Of a stretch of DNA of 17,187 nucleotides, positions 7,630 to 14,521 are shown piece by piece (the first letter of the stretch is position 1; each line of letters begins with the position of its first letter). The stretch covers positions 1-17,187 of the forward strand of contig JBGOUV010000108.1 of assembly GCA_041477815.1 (NCBI GenBank), written 5' to 3'. Under the pieces are notes generated by a model. The model had not been told where the DNA came from and searched no databases. It saw nothing but the letters and a program-made list of their open reading frames with translations. The position numbers and the translations under genes are program-made. The DNA comes from Terriglobia bacterium. GTDB taxonomy: Bacteria > Acidobacteriota > Terriglobia > Bryobacterales > JACQDG01.

Positions 7630-8195
7630 CTAGCCTTGGCCGAGGTGCTAGACTTCTTGCCTGGCGACCTTCCAGACCGAATCATATCCTCCGCCAAGTC
7701 TCGAACCAACTCCAGAACGCGCCGGCAATCGGAGCTTCTGAGGTTTGCCAACTGCTCCGGATCATGTGCTCCCATATTGCCGGTGAGCCGTGATGCGTTG
7801 GCAGCGTGATAGGACAGATCCGAAATGAGCCTCGCGCGGTGAGCAGCGTCGATTTTTTCCTTGAGACTGCCCCCAGTCATACCTGCGGTCTTCAAGAGTC
7901 CTTCGGTGAAGACGCGGGCCAGAATGAACGTCGCCGAGTGTACATCCACCTCAAAACATCGCACGGCATCATTGAGCACTCCCCTTAGACTCTTGGGCAG
8001 CCGCCCAGGAATCTTGAACTCGATCTTCCGAAGGCTCACATTAGTGACTTCCCCATCGGAGATCGTGAGCCGGAGAATCGTCCCACACTTGTCGCACTGA
8101 ATAGTGTCGTCGTACTCTCTTTTGCCAATGAGTGTCGTCGTGCCCTTGCAGCTCACACATCGAAAGGTCGGCACATTCTTCACTGCCAGAAACAA
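7605..8195 (-). CDS. Zinc-ribbon / DUF4145 domain protein (196 aa) in the lowest-GC patch of the window (~52%). The start is uncertain (TTG at 8195 or GTG at 8183/8174, none with an SD).
   Basis: N-terminal C-x2-C...C-x2-C (FRCVSCKG...QCDKCG) is followed by a helical domain matching my recollection of DUF4145 (ATFILARVFTEGLLK...KIDAAH...RLTGNMGAHD...DCRRVLELVRDLAEDM, compare A..lcR..lE..l....i..L...GN..aH). The call rests on recalled motifs. Confidence 0.55.
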   Translation of the reverse strand: MFLAVKNVPTFRCVSCKGTTTLIGKREYDDTIQCDKCGTILRLTISDGEVTNVSLRKIEFKIPGRLPKSLRGVLNDAVRCFEVDVHSATFILARVFTEGLLKTAGMTGGSLKEKIDAAHRARLISDLSYHAANASRLTGNMGAHDPEQLANLRSSDCRRVLELVRDLAEDMIRSGRSPGKKSSTSAKASQGLRNHA

Positions 8196-8278
8196 ACAGC
8201 ATTGTAGGATGCCAACCCCTGCGACGGCAACCTAAAGGGCGCTCCTCCATCGTTTGTTCTTGACAGGTCGCACCCCCT

Positions 8279-8297
8279 CGTGTCACACTGTGACACG
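8279..8297. promoter_or_regulatory. 19-bp perfect palindrome cgtgtcaca-c-tgtgacacg that ends at, and overlaps, the GTG start of the antitoxin gene. A TTGACA lies at 8260-8265. This is a candidate autoregulatory operator.
   Basis: Read directly from the sequence, with 9-bp perfect arms and a 1-nt spacer. Type II TA operons are classically autorepressed through palindromes at their promoters. Confidence 0.5.
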
Positions 8298-8524
8298 TGA
8301 AGCGCGCCTCGGTCCGAGATCTTCATCTGAAAACCAGCTCTATCGTCAGCGAAGTCACCACAGGCCAGACCTTTGTCATTGAAAAGAGGGGCGTCCCGGT
8401 CGCGGAACTGCGTCCCTTGCAAGGTTTGCCGTCCACCCGCCCGATGCCCAACCGCGAGCGCCTGATTACAAGGCTTCCCAAGGTCCCCGACACCGGCAGA
8501 ATCCTCGAAGAGGATCGCCCGTGA
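8297..8524 (+). CDS. Type II antitoxin of the Phd/YefM (prevent-host-death) family, 75 aa, GTG start
   Basis: KRASVRDLHLKTSSIVSEVTTGQTFVIEKRGVPVAELRP fits the Phd/YefM N-terminal pattern (s..elr.n...i...v..g..v.It.rG.pvavlvp). The stop overlaps the GTG of the downstream PIN gene (GTGA). Confidence 0.75.
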   Translation: MKRASVRDLHLKTSSIVSEVTTGQTFVIEKRGVPVAELRPLQGLPSTRPMPNRERLITRLPKVPDTGRILEEDRP

Positions 8525-8955
8525 GGCTCTACTTCGACTCTGCGTACGTGGCCAAGTGCTACTTGAATGAGCCGGAAGGCAAGGCAGTACGGACCATCGC
8601 CCGGAGTGCCGCGGGTCTGTTCTCCTCGGCGCTCTCGATCGCCGAACTTGCTTGTGTCTTTCTTCGGCACGTGCGCGAGGGTAAAATGACCGGCATGCAG
8701 GCTGACCGTTGCCGTTCCTTCCTGCTCGAAGATGTGCAAGCCGGGACGCTGGTGCTCTTCCCCGTTTCGGAACATCTTCTGTATCGCGTAGAGTCTCTCT
8801 GCAGAACTCTTCCTTCCCAGACGTATCTGCGAGCCGGCGACGCCATCCACTTGGTATCCGCCAGAGAAGCCGGCTTCACCCAAGTATGGTCGAACGACCG
8901 CCACCTGCTGGCGGCGGCTCGTTACTTCGGACTCGAAGGCAAGTCGCTCCCATGA
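8521..8955 (+). CDS. vapC: PIN-domain toxin VapC (144 aa)
   Basis: Conserved acidic PIN positions (LYFDSAYV, LNEPEG, AGDAIHL, WSNDRHL). It is translationally coupled to the upstream antitoxin. Its TGA overlaps the ATG of the next gene (ATGA at 8952-8955). Confidence 0.85.
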   Translation: MRLYFDSAYVAKCYLNEPEGKAVRTIARSAAGLFSSALSIAELACVFLRHVREGKMTGMQADRCRSFLLEDVQAGTLVLFPVSEHLLYRVESLCRTLPSQTYLRAGDAIHLVSAREAGFTQVWSNDRHLLAAARYFGLEGKSLP

Positions 8956-10115
8956 CCCCTCCGATGACTCGCCGCGACTGTCTCCGCTCGCTGGCCGCGT
9001 GGCTGGCCGCCTCTCCCCTGGCCGCCCAGCTCGTCTCCCGCAGCCGGCACGAGCGCATTCCCGGCCTCTCGGAGTTGACCACCACCTTCGAGTTCGAGCC
9101 CCTGGCCCAGGCCAAGATGCTGCGCACGGCGTTCGACTTTCTCTCCCTGGGCGTCGATGCGGAATTCACCCTGCGCCGTAATTCCCAGGCCTTCGATTGG
9201 GTCACCCTGGTCCCGCGTCTGGGCGTGAAGGTGGCTTCCGTGGACCTCTCCACCGAGATCTTCGGCCAGAAGCTCAACTATCCGATCCTTATCGCCCCTA
9301 CCGCCGGGCATATCCAGTTCCATCCGGAAGGGGAGCTCGAAACCCATCGCGGCGCCACCCTGGCCAAGACTACCTACATCGTCAGCTCAGGCACCAGCTT
9401 TCCGATCGAGAAGGTCGCCGCCGCCGCGGCCGGACCGCTGTGGTTCCAGCTCTACGCCCGCGAGACCCCCGAGGAAAGCCGCGAGCGCGTCGAGAACGCC
9501 ATGGCCGCCGGCTGCCGCGCCGTCGCCTTCACGGTGGACACACAGTACTTCTCCCACCGCGAGCGGCTCCTCCACGACCGCAACCTCGCCGTCGCCACCG
9601 GCCGACAGCGGCAGCAGGCCGAACCGGCGCCCCTGATCTACGGCAACCGCGGCCAGAACCCCAACCTTACCTGGAAGTTTTTCACCGCCGTCAAAGCCTA
9701 CACCAAGGTCCCCCTACTGGTGAAAGGCATCCTCACCGCCGAGGACGCCCGCCTGGCCGTCGAGAACGGCGCCGACGGCATCGTGGTCTCGAATCACGGC
9801 GGGCGCTACCTCGACTACGCCCCCGCCACCATCGAGGTGCTCCCCGAGATCGTGGACGCCGCAGGGGGCCGCGTCCCGGTGCTGCTCGACAGCGGCGTCC
9901 GTCGCGGCACGGATGTCCTGAAAGCCCTGGCCCTGGGCGCCAAGGTGGTCTGCTGCGGCCGCGCCCCGCTCTGGGGACTCGGCGCGTTCGGCGCTCCCGG
10001 CGTGGCGCGCGTCCTCGACATCCTTAAGACGGAGCTTACCTTGGCCATGGCCCAGACGGGCCGCCCCAACCTCGCCTCGCTCGACCGCACCGCGGTCGCC
10101 ACCGACTTCCCATGA
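8952..10115 (+). CDS. FMN-dependent alpha-hydroxy-acid dehydrogenase/oxidase (L-lactate dehydrogenase / glycolate oxidase family) with an N-terminal twin-arginine (Tat) signal, 387 aa
   Basis: MTRRDCLRSLAAWLAASPLAAQ (RR motif followed by a hydrophobic stretch). Family motifs present are TLRRN, PILIAP, TVDTQ, VKGIL and SNHGGRYLD. The long ORF from 8709 is an in-frame run-in through vapC. The ATG at 8952 overlaps the vapC stop. Confidence 0.8.
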   Translation: MTPPMTRRDCLRSLAAWLAASPLAAQLVSRSRHERIPGLSELTTTFEFEPLAQAKMLRTAFDFLSLGVDAEFTLRRNSQAFDWVTLVPRLGVKVASVDLSTEIFGQKLNYPILIAPTAGHIQFHPEGELETHRGATLAKTTYIVSSGTSFPIEKVAAAAAGPLWFQLYARETPEESRERVENAMAAGCRAVAFTVDTQYFSHRERLLHDRNLAVATGRQRQQAEPAPLIYGNRGQNPNLTWKFFTAVKAYTKVPLLVKGILTAEDARLAVENGADGIVVSNHGGRYLDYAPATIEVLPEIVDAAGGRVPVLLDSGVRRGTDVLKALALGAKVVCCGRAPLWGLGAFGAPGVARVLDILKTELTLAMAQTGRPNLASLDRTAVATDFP

Positions 10116-11020
10116 CTCTTCCGCCCCTCAGCGAGCTGGTCAACGTTCTCGAAGTGGAGGACGCCGCCCGTGGGGTGCTCAGCCGCGCCGTCTACGACCG
10201 CATCGCGCAGGGGGAACGCGGGCGCGAGGCGTTTGACCGCATCACCTTCCGTCCCCGCATGCTGGTCGACGTCTCTCGCCTGGACCTGTCGCTCGATCTG
10301 TTCGGCCAGAAGCTCCACGCCCCGATTCTGGTGGCCCCCATGGCCCGCCACCGCCGCGTCCACGCCGAGGGCGAAGCCGCCACGGGGAGGGGCGCGGAGG
10401 CCGCCAAGACCGTGCTGGTCGTGAGCCGCGACCCCAGCGTCCCGTTTGACCAGGTCGCCTCGCGTGCCACCGCGCCACTCTGGGCGCAGGTTCCTCCCGA
10501 TCCCACCGCAGCCTCGCGCCTGGTGGCCGCCGGGGCCAAAGCCCTGGTGGTCAACGCCGGCCCGGACCTCGACTGGGACACCCTGGGCCGCCTCCGCAAG
10601 GCTGCCGGCTCAGTCCCAGTACTACTGAAGGGCGTCCTGAGCCCCGATCAGGCCGTCAGCGCCATCGAAAAGGGCGCGCAAGGTCTCATCGTCTCCAGTC
10701 ACGGCGGCAAGCTGGTCCCCAGCCTGCCTGCCACGCTCGACGTCCTGCCGCGCATTACGGAAGCTGTCCAGGGCCGCGTACCGGTTCTGGTCGACGGCGG
10801 CTTCCGCCGCGGTACCGACATTCTCAAAGCCCTCGCCCTGGGCGCCAAGGCCGTACTGGTTGGCCGCCCCGTCCTCTACGGGCTCGCCGCGTATGGCCCC
10901 GACGGCGTCCGCGCCGTCCTCGAAATGCTGCAGTCCGAGCTGGCCCTGGCCATGGGTCTGAACGGCCGGCCGAACCTGGCCGCGGTGGACCGTGCCGTGG
11001 TCAAGGTCCACCGCCGCTGA
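10112..11020 (+). CDS. Second, shorter and degenerate FMN-dependent alpha-hydroxy-acid dehydrogenase paralog (302 aa, cytoplasmic)
   Basis: Canonical N-terminus (FRPRMLVDVSRLDLSLDLFGQKLHAPILVAPMA), VLLKGVL and SSHGGK. It lacks the TVD loop segment of paralog 1 and has K in place of the substrate-binding R after HGG. Its ATG overlaps the stop of paralog 1 (ATGA at 10112-10115). Confidence 0.8.
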   Translation: MTLPPLSELVNVLEVEDAARGVLSRAVYDRIAQGERGREAFDRITFRPRMLVDVSRLDLSLDLFGQKLHAPILVAPMARHRRVHAEGEAATGRGAEAAKTVLVVSRDPSVPFDQVASRATAPLWAQVPPDPTAASRLVAAGAKALVVNAGPDLDWDTLGRLRKAAGSVPVLLKGVLSPDQAVSAIEKGAQGLIVSSHGGKLVPSLPATLDVLPRITEAVQGRVPVLVDGGFRRGTDILKALALGAKAVLVGRPVLYGLAAYGPDGVRAVLEMLQSELALAMGLNGRPNLAAVDRAVVKVHRR

Positions 11021-11026
11021 GTTGCG

Positions 11027-12154
11027 ATGCCGCACATTGCCGTAATCGGAGCGGGTGCTTGGGGGGGCTGGTCGGCGCTGCACCTGCGGCGATCCGGCGC
11101 CCAGGTAACGCTGCTGGACGCCTGGGGTCCCGGCAACGCGCGGGCCAGCTCCGGCGGCGAGACCCGCATCATCCGGGCCATTTACCCCGATCGCGTCTAC
11201 GTCGAAATGACCGTGCGCTCGTTCCAGCTCTGGGAGGAAAACGGCAAGCGCTGGAATCGAAATCTGCTGCGGCGGACGGGCTTTCTCCGCCTGGTTTCCA
11301 AAGACGACCCGCTGAACCGGTCGGCGGCCCCATTGCTGCGCGAAGCCGGAATCCCCCACGAGGAGCTCACTCCCGGCGAAGCCGCCCGCCGGTTCCCGCA
11401 AATCAACTTCCAGGGTATCGACCGGATCTTCCACGAAAAGACCGCCGGATACCTGTTTGCCCGGCGAGGGTGTGAAGCCGTGCTCGCGGGTTTCGTGGGC
11501 GAGGGCGGGACCTACCGGCAAGTGGCCGCGACGCCCGGCCCCTTGCACGGCGGCCAGATGCAGGGGCTGGCGCTTTCCGATGGATCCACCCTGGTGGCTG
11601 ATCAGTACCTGTTCGCCTGCGGCCCCTGGCTGGGCCGCCTGTTTCCGGAGGTCATCGGGAGCCGGATCAGCCCGCACCGCAAGGAAGTTTATTTCTTCGG
11701 TGTGCCGGCCGGCGACGGGTCCTTCCGCGAAGATCGCTTCCCCTGCTGGGGCGACAGCGTCGAGCACTACTATGGATGCCCGGATATCGAGTGGCGCGGG
11801 TTCAAGATCGGCGAAGACACGCGCACCGTGCCGTTCGATCCCAACTCCGGAGACCGGACGCCCACCCCCGAGGCCCTGCGGACTGTCCGCCAATTCGTCG
11901 CCTTTCGTTTTCCCGCCCTAAAGGGGGCGCCGCTGGTCGAAGCACGGGTGTGCCAGTACGAGAATACTCCGGATAGGCACTTGATCCTGGACCGGCATCC
12001 CGGAGCCGGGAATGCCTGGCTGGCGGGGGGCGGCTCGGGTCACGGCTACAAGCTGGGAGCGGCGGTGGGCGAGCGGGTGGCCCAAATGGTCCTGGGCAAG
12101 CGCGGCGTCGATCCTTTCTTCGCGCTCGCCCGACCGGCGCTGAAGGGGCTATAA
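11027..12154 (+). CDS. FAD-dependent oxidoreductase of the sarcosine-oxidase (MSOX/MTOX) / DAO family, 375 aa
   Basis: N-terminal Rossmann motif IAVIGAGAWGGWSALHL...GETRIIRAIY and C-terminal GGGSGHGYK. It starts 7 nt after the preceding gene. Confidence 0.85.
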   Translation: MPHIAVIGAGAWGGWSALHLRRSGAQVTLLDAWGPGNARASSGGETRIIRAIYPDRVYVEMTVRSFQLWEENGKRWNRNLLRRTGFLRLVSKDDPLNRSAAPLLREAGIPHEELTPGEAARRFPQINFQGIDRIFHEKTAGYLFARRGCEAVLAGFVGEGGTYRQVAATPGPLHGGQMQGLALSDGSTLVADQYLFACGPWLGRLFPEVIGSRISPHRKEVYFFGVPAGDGSFREDRFPCWGDSVEHYYGCPDIEWRGFKIGEDTRTVPFDPNSGDRTPTPEALRTVRQFVAFRFPALKGAPLVEARVCQYENTPDRHLILDRHPGAGNAWLAGGGSGHGYKLGAAVGERVAQMVLGKRGVDPFFALARPALKGL

Positions 12155-12193
12155 TCCAGAAGGGTTCCGGGTCGGGCAAGTGAAGGAGGGGGA

Positions 12194-13273
12194 ATGAGCC
12201 GCCGCTTTCTCGCGTCAGTCTGGAGCGACGTAGCGCGCGTACTCTGGCGTGCCGCGCCATGTCTTTGGCGTCACAGATCACGCGCCCTGGTAATCGCCGT
12301 CTCTTTGCTGGCGCCGGCGCCGGTCGCGGGCCAAACCGCCGCATGGACTCCACCCCTTACCGCGGACGGCCAGCCGGACCTGCAGGGAGTCTGGGTGAGC
12401 AACAGCGCGACGCCATTGGAACGGCCGAGCGGACTGGAAGGAAAAGCGTCTCTGACGGACGCGGAAGTGGCGGTGCTGAAACAGCGGGCGGAGCGGCTCT
12501 TCAAGGACGGGGCTAGTGCCTACGCCGGCGGAGATAATGTTTTCCTGGCCGCCTTGGCCGATCTCAAGCGCTACGAGGGCGTTTCGACCAGCGATTCCCT
12601 GGATATGATTGAGAGAGAGTTCAGCAACAGAACGTCTCTGATTGTAGATCCGCCCGACGGGAAGGTCCCTCCCTTGACGCCCGCCGCGCAGCAGAGGCAG
12701 GCCGCGGCTGCCGTGCCGCGCCCTCCCGCGGGACCGGAAGACCTCAGCAACGCGAACCGGTGCATCACGTTCGGCGTCCCCCGGCTGGGCGGTAACTTCG
12801 GCGCCGGCCCCTATAGTTACTACCAGATTCTGCAAAATCGCGATTACGTGGTGCTGGTCATGGAGGTGATCCACGAAGCCCGCCTGATTCCGTTGGACGG
12901 CCGCCCGCATCTGCCACCGGGCATTCGCCAGTGGAACGGGGACTCGCGAGGCCGCTGGGAGGGGAAGACCCTGGTGGTCGATACCACTAACTTCTCCCCG
13001 CGGAGCAACTTCATGGGATCCGCCGAAAACCTGCATTTAGTGGAGCGCTTCACCCGGGTCGCCCCGGACACGGTGAACTACGAGATTACGCTGGACGACC
13101 CGACTACCTGGACCAAACCGTGGACGGCCCTGGTTCCCCTGCGGCGAACCTCGGAGGACATTTATGAGTTCGCCTGCCACGAAGGGAATCCTCTCGTGAT
13201 GCAGGGCATGCTGGGTGCGGCCCGCGCGGACGAGCAGGCCGCCCAGGAAGCGGTGGCGAAGCCTGCCAAGTAA
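12194..13273 (+). CDS. Secreted hypothetical protein (359 aa) of no family I recognise
   Basis: Strong SD GAAGGAGGGGG 5 nt before the ATG. A signal peptide (RHRSRALVIAVSLLAPAPVAGQ) follows a long n-region, and the coding periodicity is clean. It is flanked downstream by a relic of the FAD-oxidoreductase gene. Confidence 0.65.
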   Translation: MSRRFLASVWSDVARVLWRAAPCLWRHRSRALVIAVSLLAPAPVAGQTAAWTPPLTADGQPDLQGVWVSNSATPLERPSGLEGKASLTDAEVAVLKQRAERLFKDGASAYAGGDNVFLAALADLKRYEGVSTSDSLDMIEREFSNRTSLIVDPPDGKVPPLTPAAQQRQAAAAVPRPPAGPEDLSNANRCITFGVPRLGGNFGAGPYSYYQILQNRDYVVLVMEVIHEARLIPLDGRPHLPPGIRQWNGDSRGRWEGKTLVVDTTNFSPRSNFMGSAENLHLVERFTRVAPDTVNYEITLDDPTTWTKPWTALVPLRRTSEDIYEFACHEGNPLVMQGMLGAARADEQAAQEAVAKPAK

Positions 13274-13291
13274 ATCGACGTCTCCCCCACC

Positions 13292-13393
13292 AGAAGCTCC
13301 CGCGATTTCCAGCGTAGGGACCGGATCTTCCACGCAAGGACCGCCGGATGCTTGTTGGCCCGGCGAGGGTGTAAAGCTGTACCGGCAGGTTGC
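13292..13393 (+). pseudogene. Decayed ~100-nt relic of the FAD-oxidoreductase gene. It corresponds to 11395..11527, has a ~33-nt internal deletion, and is ~86% identical over the 76-nt ungapped core.
   Basis: Aligned by eye. Perfect shared runs are gaccggatcttccacg (11420-11435 = 13318-13333), gaccgccggat and gcccggcgagggtgt. The relic still translates in frame to FQRRDRIFHARTAGCLLARRGC against FQGIDRIFHEKTAGYLFARRGC. Confidence 0.6.
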
Positions 13394-13670
13394 CTCTACT
13401 CGCGCTGATACACCGGAACCTCGCAACCCACGGGCAGCCGCACCCGCCCGATCTCGAAGTAGGGCAGCCGGTGCTCCGCCGGCGCCTGCGCCACTTGGGG
13501 ATCCCGCTGATCCAGCGCTCTGGACACGTTCGGAACCTGGGGCTCTTGCCATCCGCGGGGGAGCCAGGTGGCCCTGGATCCAAACCGCATTGGCCCCCGG
13601 AGGCCGGGGATCCACAGGAGCAGCTTGACCCGCACTCCAGCAATTGTACGCGCTACACTATGAGCGCGCC

Positions 13671-14498
13671 ATGAGAGTCGTTGTTTGTTTCCTGACCTCC
13701 CTCGCCGCCTTCGCCGGCGACGCCTCCTTCACCATCGCCGGACTCCAGATGATGCCCGAGCCCTGGAACAAGCAGGCGAACTTCGCCAAGCTGGAGCGCT
13801 ACGCCCGCCAGGCCGCCGCCCAGGGCGCCCAGGTGGTGCTCACTCCCGAAGGATTCCTCGAAGGCTACGTGGGCAACCGCGGCCGCACCAAAGACCTCAC
13901 CTGGGAGAAATACGTCGCCGCCGGCGAGCGCCTGGAGGGGCCGCTGCTGACCCGCGTCCGCGACCTCGCCCGGGAGCTGCAGATCTACCTGCTGGTGGGC
14001 TTTGCCGAGCTGCGTGACGACCGCATGTACAACTCGGCGGTGATCTTCTCCCCCAGCGGCGCCGTGCTCACCCGCTATTCCAAGACCCATACCGCCGACG
14101 ATGAGCCCCTCAACACCAAGGGCACGGCTTTCCCGGTGGTCTCGACGCCCTTGGGCCGCTGGGGCACGCTGATCTGCATGGACCGCCAGCTTCCGGAGAC
14201 CTCCCGCCTCCTGGCGCTCCAAGGCGCCCAGGTCATCCTGGTCCCAGCCTATGGGATGTACGGTGAGACTAATGACATCCTGATGCGCGTCCGCGCCTAT
14301 GAGAACGGCGTCTACGTAGCCTTCGTCCACCCCAACCGCTGTCTCTTCATCGACCCCAGCGGCAAGATCCTGGCCCAGAACCAGGGCGACGGCGATCAGA
14401 TCGTAACCACCACCATCCGGCTCGATAACAACCGTCTCGGCAATGGCCCCATCCGGCACCGCCGGCCGGAGCTCTATGGGGACGTCGCGAAACACTAA
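13671..14498 (+). CDS. Secreted carbon-nitrogen hydrolase (nitrilase superfamily, E-K-C triad), ~275 aa. The ATG at 13671 (MRVVVCFLTSLAAFAG signal peptide) is preferred over the TTG at 13644.
   Basis: Catalytic-triad contexts VVLTPEGF (E), TRYSKTHT (K) and TLICMDRQ (C). An N-terminal signal peptide is present. Confidence 0.85.
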   Translation: MRVVVCFLTSLAAFAGDASFTIAGLQMMPEPWNKQANFAKLERYARQAAAQGAQVVLTPEGFLEGYVGNRGRTKDLTWEKYVAAGERLEGPLLTRVRDLARELQIYLLVGFAELRDDRMYNSAVIFSPSGAVLTRYSKTHTADDEPLNTKGTAFPVVSTPLGRWGTLICMDRQLPETSRLLALQGAQVILVPAYGMYGETNDILMRVRAYENGVYVAFVHPNRCLFIDPSGKILAQNQGDGDQIVTTTIRLDNNRLGNGPIRHRRPELYGDVAKH

Positions 14499-14521
14499 TT
14501 GGCGCGAGGAGTCGCCTGGCT

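Noticed and set aside
13396-13635. 79-aa minus-strand ORF (MRVKLLLWIPGLRG...) between the gene relic and the CN-hydrolase gene
   Set aside because: No SD, no recognisable family, and it sits among several overlapping spurious frames in GC-rich DNA. I cannot exclude a real small protein, but I cannot support it.
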